The position numbers and the translations under genes are program-made. DNA of 64,000 nucleotides, taken from the NCBI GenBank assembly GCA_963847225.1, contig CAWJYZ010000003.1:71365-135364 (forward strand). Direction: 5' to 3'. Of this stretch, positions 37,023 through 46,314 are shown piece after piece. This DNA comes from an uncultured bacterium (GTDB lineage Bacteria; Chloroflexota; Dormibacteria; Aeolococcales; Aeolococcaceae). Below the pieces are notes generated by a model. It did not search any database and had not been told where the DNA came from. It saw nothing but the letters and a program-made list of their open reading frames with translations. Numbering within the stretch: the first letter of the stretch is position 1; every line of letters begins with the position of its first letter.

Positions 37023-38576
37023 ATGGCGGGGGTAGCGGATGTGGGGGACGGCTCGACCGAGCTGGCGGCGGTCCCCGCGGATTTTGTAGATGTCACTCTG
37101 ATCGGGCGCCGGAGCGCCGAGCTCGCCAGACGTGTTCGGGACGCTGTTCCTCATGCGCCGGCCCGACCGCGGGCCCGCACCCGCTGGCTGATGGTCATGG
37201 CTCTGCTGTCTCTGGCGGTTGACGTGGTCGCTGTCGAGCTCGCCTACATTCTTGCCAAGGCCTTCCGTGCCACCCACTTCGACATCGGCCCGGTGCTTCT
37301 CCATGAGGTTGATACGAGGATCTTCCTCACCAGCCTGGCCTGGCCCATGGTGTTCGCGCTCTATGGCCTGTATGACCTTCAGCGACCCACGCATATGACA
37401 GCCGAGATGCAGCGTCTACTGCAAGCCGTGGTCACGAGCGTCCTGCTGGTCGTCCTCATCGCCTTCGCCACCCAGATCGAGCTGTCCCGCGGGTTCATCC
37501 TCTCCCTCCTCGGGTTCGGCCTCGTCACCACGGTGGGGGGGCGGCTGGCGCTACGACGGTTAGCCCATGACTTGAATGCTCGGGCCGTCACCAGCCAGCT
37601 AACCTTGGTCGTCGGGTGCAACGACGAGGCTCGGACCATGGCGCGCACCTTCCGACGGCGCCCCTGGATGGGATACGCCGTCAGCGGGTTCGCCGAGGTC
37701 TCGCCAACAGGTCTCGACCATATCGACGGAATCCCCGTTCTGGGAGGCATCGAGAGCGTCGGCTCCATCGTCCGCGAGCGAGGCATCAGCACCATCGTGA
37801 TTGCCGGCAGTGCTGCGGGTGGTGAGACGCTCCAGCAGATCGACAGCGCCCTGGATGGCGCGGACGTGACCGTGCGGGTGTCGCCGGGATTGCCAAACCT
37901 CGGTGCCTCCCGCGTCGTTCTCGAGCCGGTCGATGGCATGGCCCTGTTTTCCCTCCGTCGCCAGCGCTTCTCTCGGCGCCAGCGACTGCTGAAACGCGCT
38001 CTGGACGTGGTAGCCGCTTCAATTCTCCTGACGATCACCCTGCCGTTCATCGTGGTTGCCGCCGTGTTGGTGCGGGTGACCAGCTCGGGTCCGGTTCTCT
38101 TTCGGCAGCGCAGGGTTGGCGCCCATGGACACCTCTTCACCCTCTACAAATTCCGCACCATGGTCCAAGACGCAGAAGAGCAGCGGTCGATCCTCCAGGC
38201 CGACAACGAGGCGGACGGCCTCCTCTTCAAGATGCGCGATGACCCGAGGGTAACTCGTGTCGGCCGCGTTCTCCGCCGCTTCTCTCTCGACGAGCTTCCC
38301 CAACTGTGGAACGTTCTGCGCGGTGAGATGAGCATGGTGGGTCCTCGGCCCGCGCTGCCCGAGGAGGTCGAGCGGTACGATGAGCAGCGCCGCGCCAGAC
38401 TGCGGGTCAAGCCGGGCCTCACCGGCCTCTGGCAGGTCAATGGGCGGCATGACCTGGTGTTCGAGGATTACGTGCGCTACGACCTCTTCTATGTTGCCAA
38501 CTGGTCCTTGACGATGGACCTCTACATCCTTGCGAAGACCATACCTGCGGTGCTCGGCGCTCGCGGGTCGTACTGA
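37023..38576 (+). CDS. Polyprenyl-phosphate sugar-1-phosphate transferase (WbaP/ExoY-type priming enzyme)
   Basis: ATG 37023 with GAGGGGG upstream. 'RALDVVAASILLTITLPFIVVAAVLVRVTSSGPVLFRQRRVGAHGHLFTLYKFRTM' and 'DELPQLWNVLRGEMSMVGPRP'. N-terminal TM bundle plus a central Rossmann-like region. Confidence 0.85.
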   Translation: MAGVADVGDGSTELAAVPADFVDVTLIGRRSAELARRVRDAVPHAPARPRARTRWLMVMALLSLAVDVVAVELAYILAKAFRATHFDIGPVLLHEVDTRIFLTSLAWPMVFALYGLYDLQRPTHMTAEMQRLLQAVVTSVLLVVLIAFATQIELSRGFILSLLGFGLVTTVGGRLALRRLAHDLNARAVTSQLTLVVGCNDEARTMARTFRRRPWMGYAVSGFAEVSPTGLDHIDGIPVLGGIESVGSIVRERGISTIVIAGSAAGGETLQQIDSALDGADVTVRVSPGLPNLGASRVVLEPVDGMALFSLRRQRFSRRQRLLKRALDVVAASILLTITLPFIVVAAVLVRVTSSGPVLFRQRRVGAHGHLFTLYKFRTMVQDAEEQRSILQADNEADGLLFKMRDDPRVTRVGRVLRRFSLDELPQLWNVLRGEMSMVGPRPALPEEVERYDEQRRARLRVKPGLTGLWQVNGRHDLVFEDYVRYDLFYVANWSLTMDLYILAKTIPAVLGARGSY

Positions 38577-38627
38577 TCGCGGCGCCCATAGGGTGGTCGC
38601 CTGGCACAACCGAACCTGGGAGAAGCG

Positions 38628-40283
38628 ATGGCCAAGGGTTTCGTCATCTGGTTGACCGGCCTGTCAGGTGCTGGGAAGTCGACGATCGCCGGACAGCTCT
38701 CCCGGGAGCTCCGCGAGCTGGGCCGGCATGTCGAGGTTCTCGATGGGGACGAGGTGCGCACCCACCTCTCCAAGGGCCTGGGGTTCTCCAAGGAGGACCG
38801 CGACACCAACATCCGCCGCATCGGCTATGTGGCGGGCCTGGTGGGCCGGAGCGGCGGGATCGCCATCACGGCGGCCATCTCCCCCTATCGTGAGATTCGC
38901 GACGAGATCCGAGGCCGGACCGAGAACTTCGTCGAGGTGTATGTGCGCTGCACCCTGGATGAGTTGATCCGGCGGGATGTCAAGGGTCTGTACGCCAAGG
39001 CCCTCGCCGGCGAGATCGCCAACTTCACCGGTATCAGCGACCCCTATGAGGAGCCTCTCCACCCGGAGATTGTCGTCGACAGCGGACGGGAATCGGTGGA
39101 GGATTCGGTTCGAATCATCCTCGCCCGGCTGGAGCAGCTGGGGCACATCGCACTCGGTGTCGGCGAGAGGCTCGTGGACGGGGAGGAGGCGAAGCTTCTC
39201 CGCGAGGAGGCGCGGACGCTGCCGTTCCTGGACCTGAGCCCGCACGCGGCAGCCGACGCCGGGATGATCGGGATTGGGGCGCTGGCCCCTCTGCGCGGTT
39301 TCATGGGGTCTGCCGACTACACGGCGGTCCTCGACTCTGGTCGGCTGCGCGGGGGCCAGCCGTTCACCATCCCCGTGGTCCTGCGCCTGGACGAGGACGA
39401 CGCAGAGCGGCTGCGCGCGGCCAGGCGTGTGGCGCTGCGATCGGCTGGGAAGGTGGTCGCCGTCACGGACGTGGAGGAGGTCTTCCGGACCGACCCGGCT
39501 CGGGAGGCGCTGACCGTCTATGGCACCGATGAGACAGCTCATCCCGGGGTCCGGCTGCTCCAGACCTCGGGTGACTGGGCGCTGGCGGGACCGGTGACGG
39601 CGCTCAGCCGTCCGAGCACGGGTTTCCCGGTGTACGACCTCACGCCGCTCGAGGTGCGACGGCTCATCGCCGAGCGAGGCTGGCGGACGGTGGTTGGTTT
39701 CCAGACCCGCAACCCCGTCCACCGCGCCCACGAGTATCTCCAGAAGGTGGCTCTCGAGAACGTTGATGGGCTGCTGCTCCATCCCCTGGTCGGGGAGACC
39801 AAGAGCGACGACATCCCGGCTGACGTGCGGATGGCGTGCTATGAGGTGCTCCTGGAGGGGTACTACCCGAAGGACCGGGTCCTGCTGGTGACCAATCCGG
39901 CCTGGATGCGCTACGCCGGCCCCAAGGAGGCGGTCTTCCACGCCCTGATCCGGCGCAACTACGGATGCACCCACTTCATCGTCGGTCGCGACCACGCCGG
40001 GGTGGGGAGCTACTACGACACGTACGCTGCCCACCGGATCTTCGACGAGTACGCACCCGGCGAGCTGGGCATCGAGATCCTGCGCTTCGAGCATGCGTTC
40101 TTCTGCCGCGCCTGTGGTGGGATGGCATCGACTCGAACCTGCCCACACTCCGTCGACGACCATGCGGTGCTGAGTGGCACGCGGGTCCGTGAGCTCCTCC
40201 GGCGGGGTGAGCCGCTGCCGCTCGAGTTCACCCGCCCGGAGATCGCCGAGCTGCTTCGGACGTCCACCGAGGACGTCGCCTAG
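38628..40283 (+). CDS. Bifunctional PAPS synthase: N-terminal APS kinase (CysC) + C-terminal ATP sulfurylase (Sat)
   Basis: Kinase: 'IWLTGLSGAGKSTIA', 'LDGDEVR', 'FSKEDRDTNIRRIGYVA'. Sulfurylase: 'GFQTRNPVHRAHEYL', 'HPLVGETKSDDIP', 'IVGRDHAGVG'. Confidence 0.9.
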   Translation: MAKGFVIWLTGLSGAGKSTIAGQLSRELRELGRHVEVLDGDEVRTHLSKGLGFSKEDRDTNIRRIGYVAGLVGRSGGIAITAAISPYREIRDEIRGRTENFVEVYVRCTLDELIRRDVKGLYAKALAGEIANFTGISDPYEEPLHPEIVVDSGRESVEDSVRIILARLEQLGHIALGVGERLVDGEEAKLLREEARTLPFLDLSPHAAADAGMIGIGALAPLRGFMGSADYTAVLDSGRLRGGQPFTIPVVLRLDEDDAERLRAARRVALRSAGKVVAVTDVEEVFRTDPAREALTVYGTDETAHPGVRLLQTSGDWALAGPVTALSRPSTGFPVYDLTPLEVRRLIAERGWRTVVGFQTRNPVHRAHEYLQKVALENVDGLLLHPLVGETKSDDIPADVRMACYEVLLEGYYPKDRVLLVTNPAWMRYAGPKEAVFHALIRRNYGCTHFIVGRDHAGVGSYYDTYAAHRIFDEYAPGELGIEILRFEHAFFCRACGGMASTRTCPHSVDDHAVLSGTRVRELLRRGEPLPLEFTRPEIAELLRTSTEDVA

Positions 40284-40337
40284 GTCCTCGGATTGAGCCG
40301 GCCGGGCATCCCCGAAGTGAGGCGAGCCGGGCTGGAT

Positions 40338-40649
40338 TCACCGGACTCCCACCACCAGCGCGATGGCGAGGGTGAGGAGGGCCCCGCCGACCGCTCCGCT
40401 CAACTCGGCGACCAGGGTTGGCCAGCCGATGGGGGCGCGACAGGAGCGGCAGCGGCCGCGCTGGACGGCATAGCTGCCGAGGGGAACCAGCTCGTACCAG
40501 CGCAGGCTCCGCTGACAAGCGACGCAGTGCGACCGGCCTCGCAGGGCACCTCGCCAGCCCCGATCCCCGACCACCCCCGCGAAGGAGCCGAGGGTCGCTC
40601 CGACGGCGGTCCCCAACAGGGTGAGTGTCACAACGAGGGCGACTGTCAT
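40338..40649 (-). CDS. Prepilin-peptidase N-terminal (DiS-P-DiS / four-Cys) domain only; A24 aspartyl-peptidase domain absent
   Basis: 'GSFAGVVGDR...RSHCVACQRSLRWYELVPLGSYAVQRGRCRSCRAPIGW'. The ORF ends after one more TM, at 103 aa. Confidence 0.6.
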   Translation of the reverse strand: MTVALVVTLTLLGTAVGATLGSFAGVVGDRGWRGALRGRSHCVACQRSLRWYELVPLGSYAVQRGRCRSCRAPIGWPTLVAELSGAVGGALLTLAIALVVGVR

Positions 40650-40734
40650 GACGGCTTCGTCACAGGCATACCAAGGACTATGGAGCCCTATTGCGGCTTG
40701 ATCACAGCTTATCCAGAGCCCCTGGTCCCACCCT

Positions 40735-41880
40735 GTGCAAAAGTCCCCACCCCCCTATACTTCTAAGACTGTGTCCAACCCGGGGGAGATCCGAATCGAG
40801 CCGCTCCTCGACGCCCTGTTCGATCAGGGAGCGTCGGATCTCATCCTGAGCGCGGGGGCGGCTCCCTCTCTTCGTCTCGACGGCCAGCTGGTCGCTGCCG
40901 CATCCCGCCCGCTGACTGCCGAGCAGACGCACCAATTGGCGGAGCAGCTGCTCACTCCGGAGCACCGGCGCCGCCTCGGTGAAGAGAGTTCCGTCGACTT
41001 CTCCTTTCAATGGACCGACCGCGGCAGGGTGCGGGGCAACGCGTTCCACCAGCGTGGCTCGGTCGCCCTGGCTCTGCGTGCCATCACCAGCCACATCCCC
41101 GGCTTCGCCGAGCTGCGCCTCCCCTCGGTCATCGAGCGGCTGGTGGAGCTGCCGCGGGGACTGATCCTCTCGAGCGGACCCACCGGCGCAGGGAAGTCCA
41201 CCACTCAGGCATCCATGCTCGATTGGATCAATCGGTCGCGAGCGCAGCACATCATCACCATCGAGGACCCGATCGAATACGTCCACTTCAATCGTCGCTG
41301 CGTGGTCGAGCAGCGCGAGCTGGGGCTGGACACCCCGAGCTTCGCGGAGGCGCTGCGCGCTGTCCTTCGCCAGGACCCGGATGTCCTGCTCGTCGGGGAG
41401 ATGCGCGACCTGGAGTCGATCCGCATCGCCCTTGCCATTGCCGAAACCGGTCACCTCGTCTTCGCCACCCTGCACACCAATGACACCACCCAGGCGATCA
41501 ACCGGATCGTCGATGTCTTCCCCGGGGAGCAGCAGCAGCAGATCCGCGTCCAGCTCGCCGCCTGCCTCCAGGCCGTCATCTACCAGCAACTCCTGCCGAT
41601 GCGGGAGGGGGGCCGTGTCGCCGCCTTCGAGGTCCTGGTGGCCAATAGCGCCGTCAAGAATCTCATCCGCGAGAACAAGTCCGCTCAGCTGCGCAACATC
41701 ATCGCCACGAGCCGCGGTGAGGGTATGCAGACACTCGAGCACTCCCTGAATGAGCTGATCGAGGAGGGCCTGGTGGACTGGGAGGACGCTCTCGCGGTCT
41801 CCCTCTACCCCAAGGAGATCCGCCGGCCCGAGCCGCCCGTGGGCTATGTTCCCGCGGTGCAGGCGGCTGCTGGCAGGTAG
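40735..41880 (+). CDS. pilT: Type IV pilus retraction ATPase
   Basis: 'GASDLILSAGAAPSLRLDG', Walker A 'SGPTGAGKSTT', 'LLVGEMRDLESI', 'TGHLVFATLHTNDT'. The start may instead be GTG 40771. Confidence 0.85.
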   Translation: MQKSPPPYTSKTVSNPGEIRIEPLLDALFDQGASDLILSAGAAPSLRLDGQLVAAASRPLTAEQTHQLAEQLLTPEHRRRLGEESSVDFSFQWTDRGRVRGNAFHQRGSVALALRAITSHIPGFAELRLPSVIERLVELPRGLILSSGPTGAGKSTTQASMLDWINRSRAQHIITIEDPIEYVHFNRRCVVEQRELGLDTPSFAEALRAVLRQDPDVLLVGEMRDLESIRIALAIAETGHLVFATLHTNDTTQAINRIVDVFPGEQQQQIRVQLAACLQAVIYQQLLPMREGGRVAAFEVLVANSAVKNLIRENKSAQLRNIIATSRGEGMQTLEHSLNELIEEGLVDWEDALAVSLYPKEIRRPEPPVGYVPAVQAAAGR

Positions 41881-42016
41881 GCCAGCTCTTTCCGTCGCCA
41901 TCGATCGCTCGCGAGCCGGTTCGACGCTCTGCATCAAGGCAGAGGCTGGAGACTATCGGTGCCGCGCCGGGGTCACGGGACCGGTCTCCTCGCCGATTTC
42001 CCGATCGAAGCAAGAA

Positions 42017-42039
42017 GGCTCGCCGCTGGGCGGCGAGCC
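42017..42039. terminator. Intrinsic (bidirectional) terminator hairpin between convergent pilT and the pilin gene
   Basis: GGCTCGCCGC-TGG-GCGGCGAGCC: a perfect 10-bp GC-rich stem. On the minus strand it is followed by TTCTTGCTTCG. Confidence 0.6.
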
Positions 42040-42070
42040 CTCTTCCCGAGGCCGAGCGCTTGCAGCGCTC

Positions 42071-42475
42071 CTAGCCGGCGCAGATTGCGCCTTGCACCAC
42101 GCCTTGGACCGTACCGATGGGGTTGGTGTAGGTGAACTTCTCGGTGCTCGGAGGTGTCGTTTGCAGGTAGTTGCCAGTGGTGAGCTCGCTGATGTCGACG
42201 CCCGACCCGTTCCCCGGCGTCGCGCTGTCACCCCCGACGACTGGGTAGACATCGGGCGTCGTCGCATTGTAGTAGGCATCGACCGCCGTCTGGATGCTCT
42301 CGGTGTCGGTGGCGCAGGCTGCCTTGATCCCCTGAGTCTTCACTCCGGTGACGTTGAAGACGACGATCGCCGCCAGGACACCGAGGATGGCGATGACCAC
42401 GAGAAGCTCGATCAAAGTGAAGCCATCCTGACCCCTCCGCCTCCGGCGGGCCACACGATTAAACAGGTGGTCCAT
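42071..42475 (-). CDS. Type IV (major) pilin with class III signal peptide
   Basis: 'MDHLFNRVARRRRRGQDG/FTLIELLVVIAILGVLAAIVV' (G-1, F+1, E+5). ATG 42475; the ORF opens at 42565. Confidence 0.8.
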   Translation of the reverse strand: MDHLFNRVARRRRRGQDGFTLIELLVVIAILGVLAAIVVFNVTGVKTQGIKAACATDTESIQTAVDAYYNATTPDVYPVVGGDSATPGNGSGVDISELTTGNYLQTTPPSTEKFTYTNPIGTVQGVVQGAICAG

Positions 42476-42545
42476 AGATACCCCCTTTTCTGATGTTCCT
42501 ATCCCTTGGGTGCGCGGCAGACCGAAGCCGGCGCGCGAAGGCCGT

Positions 42546-43901
42546 TCACTGTCCGTAGGTGACATCGACGATTCCCGACCCTCCGCTGCTGCATTCGGTC
42601 GCCACGATGATGTGTGATTGTACCGTCTCAGCTGCCTCTGTCACGCGTGCGCTGTCGTCGTAGACCCAGCAATATCCCCCATTTGGGGGAGCGGCGGTGA
42701 CGCTGACCTGAGAGGAGGTGTCCACGCTGATGGAACTCACGATCAGGTCCCCCGAGGCGAAGGATGAGGAGGGCCGGGGCGAGATGGTGAGCGAGCCGCC
42801 CCCTGATCTCCCCTGCCCCCCTCCACTGTCACTGAGGGCCAGGCCCGCTTGCGGTGCATAGACCGTACCGGCGACGCTGAGCTGGCCGCCGTCGACGTTG
42901 ATGAGCGGCCCTCCGCTCAGGTCTCCCGGATCGGCGAAGATGACGATGTCACCCGCGCCGCCTACCGGCCCATGGTCGAGGCTGAGGTTGCCCTCCGGGC
43001 CGATGCTCAGGCTACCGCCCCTCTGCCCGTAGTAGCCCGGTGCCAGGTCGAGCAGGACGGGGCCATCGGCGACGACCGACGCGCCTTGACCGATGTCAAA
43101 GGGGCCCTCCAAGATCAGGACGCTGTTGGCTGCGATGTGCAGGGTAGCGTCTGGGCTCTGCGGCTGCCACGTGATGGAGCAATACGTTCCGCTCCCAAGA
43201 ATGTAGGTGTTGGGGGGGTTGGGGGGTGAGGGAGCCGGCGGGTAGTTGTCGTCGTCAACAGGCTTGCAGGGAAAGGTCGGATTCGGGGGGGTCCATCCGC
43301 TGAGGGACGGAGCCGTCACTCGTTGATCCAGCGGCGCCGCGGCCGGTGCGAAGGTACCATTTGAGCATCCCCCATAACAGCCGATGAAGCCGGGGTTGGA
43401 TTGCGAGCTGGCGAGCCGCACCGTTGATGCGACGCTGCCTCCGCGGCCGAGATCCGGGCTGCTGTTGAAAGCGATCGGGCCCTGAGCGGCGAGGGACCCT
43501 CGGATCTCAGACCCGGAGTCAAGCACGCAGACCGAGCATTGGTTCGCGATCAGGTCGGCGGTGTGGCCAGGATTGCATCGATTGGTCGTGTACGTCACCT
43601 GTGCGCCGTCCGTCATGGTGAGGACGCTGGTGGAGCCAGCGACACAGCTTCCCGCAGGATACGGGCCGGGCGAGGTGGTGGAGCGCTGGATCGCATCCGC
43701 GGCTGCGAAGAGGGCGCCACCCTCAGCGGCGGCGTGCTGATCGGCGGTCTTCAGGGTGCTCCTCTGCTGCAACTCCACAGTATCGGCGAACCCCAGAACG
43801 GCGGTGGTGATCACCCCGAAGAAGGCGATGAAGGCAAGAGCCATCAGCAGTACCTGGCCTTGCTGCCCGGGGCGACAGCGGCGTGGCCTGGGCATCAGCA
43901 C
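42546..43901 (-). CDS. Pilus-associated protein (PilX/TadG-like N-terminal anchor, large variable domain)
   Basis: 'GQVLLMALAFIAFFGVITTAVLGF' N-terminal helix. Position inside the pilin operon. Confidence 0.55.
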   Translation of the reverse strand: MLMPRPRRCRPGQQGQVLLMALAFIAFFGVITTAVLGFADTVELQQRSTLKTADQHAAAEGGALFAAADAIQRSTTSPGPYPAGSCVAGSTSVLTMTDGAQVTYTTNRCNPGHTADLIANQCSVCVLDSGSEIRGSLAAQGPIAFNSSPDLGRGGSVASTVRLASSQSNPGFIGCYGGCSNGTFAPAAAPLDQRVTAPSLSGWTPPNPTFPCKPVDDDNYPPAPSPPNPPNTYILGSGTYCSITWQPQSPDATLHIAANSVLILEGPFDIGQGASVVADGPVLLDLAPGYYGQRGGSLSIGPEGNLSLDHGPVGGAGDIVIFADPGDLSGGPLINVDGGQLSVAGTVYAPQAGLALSDSGGGQGRSGGGSLTISPRPSSSFASGDLIVSSISVDTSSQVSVTAAPPNGGYCWVYDDSARVTEAAETVQSHIIVATECSSGGSGIVDVTYGQ

Positions 43902-44584
43902 GGCGCTGTTCCCGTCGTGATCCCTGCCGCAGATCCGGTAGGTTGGGTCGCCAGTGGAGTGAGGGTGAACGAGACGGCGGGTGGGTTGCCTGTGACATCC
44001 GGGCTGGTGATGCTCACCTGCAACTGGACATCTGACCAGCTCGTCGCGGGGGAGGAGCTGGCATGAGCGGTCACCCGCACGGGTTCCCTACTCGTGCCCA
44101 CGGTCTGGGTGCCCAAAGGCGATCCACCAGCCCATTCCCGCCGTGTCAGCGCCGCGGCAGTGGTCGAATAGGCGGCCACGTGACAGGTGACCGCATACGG
44201 AGAGGATGCGGCGATCTGCGGCCATCCGAAGCACACGAGGTCGGCTGCGGTGCAGCGAGAGGCCACGCTGTTGCAGGCGCCTAGGGAGCCTGAGCCTGGA
44301 GTGACCACGCAGGAGGCACGCTCGGTGTCCTGGGAAAGGAGCTGCTGGATGAGCATGATGTCACTGGACGCGGCCAAGCGGCTGTCCGACGCACCCGGTG
44401 CGAGTATGGTGCGCAATCCAACGGTGAAAACCACGCCCATGACGCTACCGATAAGGGCCAGGATCGCCAGCGAAATCAGGGCTTCGATGAGCGTGAACCC
44501 GCCTTGCCCAGCATGTCCGCGCGAGGCATGCAGTGCACGGCGCCGTCTCACGTGTCCCCCTTCCAGACGGTCTGCTGGATGCAT
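43895..44584 (-). CDS. Minor pilin (prepilin-type N-terminal cleavage/methylation domain)
   Basis: 'GQGG/FTLIEALISLAILALIGSVMGVVF'. Start uncertain; overlaps the upstream gene by 37 nt if 44584 is used. Confidence 0.7.
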   Translation of the reverse strand: MHPADRLEGGHVRRRRALHASRGHAGQGGFTLIEALISLAILALIGSVMGVVFTVGLRTILAPGASDSRLAASSDIMLIQQLLSQDTERASCVVTPGSGSLGACNSVASRCTAADLVCFGWPQIAASSPYAVTCHVAAYSTTAAALTRREWAGGSPLGTQTVGTSREPVRVTAHASSSPATSWSDVQLQVSITSPDVTGNPPAVSFTLTPLATQPTGSAAGITTGTAPC

Positions 44585-45060
44585 CGGGACGTGCAGACAC
44601 GTACGGTGATCTCCTGGATACCATAGTCATACGAGGCTGCACAGGATCCGCCGGCGATCGGCGCCACGCCGCTCCGGTTCGACCCGGAGCCCGTGCTGGT
44701 TGGACGGCTGAGTGACCGGGGGACGGATTCCGCGACAGCGGTGATTGACCAGGTGACTCCGCTCGGGGGAATTCCCAGGGCGTACGTGCCAACCTTGGCG
44801 CAAGGCTCGTACGACAAGGCCGGGTTCCGCAGCCTGCTGGAGGCGGTACGAGCGGCGGCATCCAAGGTCGCCTGTTGCTGCGCCAGGCTCGAGCCGCGGA
44901 CCACCGAGCCGAACCCATAGGCGATACCCACCACCGCGATCGCGATCACCGCAAGGGCGACCAGCGTTTCGATGAGGGTCAGGCCCGCCTGGCAAGCGCG
45001 GTGCGGCTTGGTCGACCGGGCCGGCCGCCCTCGGATTGACGCCGAGGATTGCCTGATCAT
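44548..45060 (-). CDS. Minor pilin (prepilin-type N-terminal domain)
   Basis: 'CQAG/LTLIETLVALAVIAIAVVGIAYG'. ATGA-type overlap with the pilC stop. Confidence 0.7.
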   Translation of the reverse strand: MIRQSSASIRGRPARSTKPHRACQAGLTLIETLVALAVIAIAVVGIAYGFGSVVRGSSLAQQQATLDAAARTASSRLRNPALSYEPCAKVGTYALGIPPSGVTWSITAVAESVPRSLSRPTSTGSGSNRSGVAPIAGGSCAASYDYGIQEITVRVCTSRCIQQTVWKGDT

Positions 45061-46310
45061 TGTGCTTTGAAGCCTGAAGCGAAACCGTAGATCGCCGATA
45101 TCAAGGAGATTGCAACGATACCGACGATCACCCCCACACTGATGATCAATACCGGCTCGACAACGGAAGTCAGCCTTTTGAGGCGCCGCTCCAGCTCCGT
45201 GTCGTACATGCGGGCGGTCTCCGCAAGGTGCTGGTCAAGGGTCCCGGTCTCCTCGCCAACTCTCACCATCTGCACGACGAGCGGGGGGAACAGCCCCGTC
45301 CTGCGAAGAGATCGGGAGAAGCTCTCGCCGACGGCTACTTCGCTCCCCACTTCGCGCAAAGCCTGCTTGTAGACCACATTCCGGGTGCTTTCAACAACAA
45401 CCGAGAAGCTCGTACTGACCGGAACTCCGGCGGCGAGAGTGTCGCTCAATGCCCGACAGAAGCGCTCGATGGTTGCAGCACGCATCATCTCGCCTACGGC
45501 CGGGACTCTCAGCAGAAAGCGTGTGACCTGCAGCCGGCCCGGTGCACTGCGCGTATAGACTCCTCCGCCGAGGACCAGAAGGAGAAGGAGGATCAGGATG
45601 TAGGCCGCGTTCGAGCTGATGAAACTGGACAGGTTCAGCAGCGCAGAGACTATCCACGGCAGCTTCTCATCGAACTGCTTGAAGAGATTCACAAACTGAG
45701 GGAGGACAAAGACGACGAGGCCGGTGGCCACCAGCAGAGCCATACAGAAGACGATCGAGGGGTACATCAACGCACCCTGAATCTTCGCCCGCGTCTGCAG
45801 CTCCCGCTCGAAGTGGTCGGCGGCGCGGACCAGGGTCTCGTCGATGTGGCCGGTGACCTCCGAGGCGCGGAGAAGGTCGGCCAGAACCGAAGGAAAGACC
45901 TGCCGGTGGCGGGCGAGACTGGCGCTCAGGAGGCCGCCCCGCTCGAGATCGGCCACCATCGAGGCACAGGCCCGGCGCATCCGCTTGTTGGACGATCCCT
46001 CGGCGATCGTCTCCAGGCCGGTGGTCAGGGGGACGCCGACGCGGACAAAGGTGGCGAGCTGACGACAGAAGACCACGACCTCCGGGAGGCCGACCTTGGT
46101 CAGCTGATCGATGAAGCCCTGCAGGGGCGAGCCCTGCCGGACCTTGACGGCCGTCGGTCGAAGCCCGCGCACCGAGATCGCATGCCAGACGGCTTCCCGG
46201 TCGGCGGCCTCCATCATGCCCTTGACCACAGTTCCCTCGGGACTCACCGCGGTGTAGTCGAAGAGACGCGTCCGAGTCGGCGTCGGTACGGCAGCCTGCA
46301 TTGATTCCAT
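45057..46310 (-). CDS. pilC: Type IV pilus platform protein (GspF/PilC family)
   Basis: Two T2SS-F repeats ('...SLARHRQVFPSVLADLLRASEVTGHIDETL' and '...SLRRTGLFPPLVVQMVRVGEETGTLDQHL') with 3-4 TM segments. Confidence 0.85.
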   Translation of the reverse strand: MESMQAAVPTPTRTRLFDYTAVSPEGTVVKGMMEAADREAVWHAISVRGLRPTAVKVRQGSPLQGFIDQLTKVGLPEVVVFCRQLATFVRVGVPLTTGLETIAEGSSNKRMRRACASMVADLERGGLLSASLARHRQVFPSVLADLLRASEVTGHIDETLVRAADHFERELQTRAKIQGALMYPSIVFCMALLVATGLVVFVLPQFVNLFKQFDEKLPWIVSALLNLSSFISSNAAYILILLLLLVLGGGVYTRSAPGRLQVTRFLLRVPAVGEMMRAATIERFCRALSDTLAAGVPVSTSFSVVVESTRNVVYKQALREVGSEVAVGESFSRSLRRTGLFPPLVVQMVRVGEETGTLDQHLAETARMYDTELERRLKRLTSVVEPVLIISVGVIVGIVAISLISAIYGFASGFKAQ

Positions 46311-46314
46311 CGCC

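Noticed and set aside
38664-40163. 499-aa minus-strand ORF opposite the PAPS synthase. The same applies to 46438..48126 opposite pilB, 26574..27899 opposite GT4, 30986..32650 opposite murJ, 23639..25465, 53080..54363, 55481..57400 and 59808..60923.
   Set aside because: Each is antisense to a gene with unambiguous catalytic motifs, and none contains a recognisable motif. They are open only because stop codons are rare in GC-rich antisense frames.
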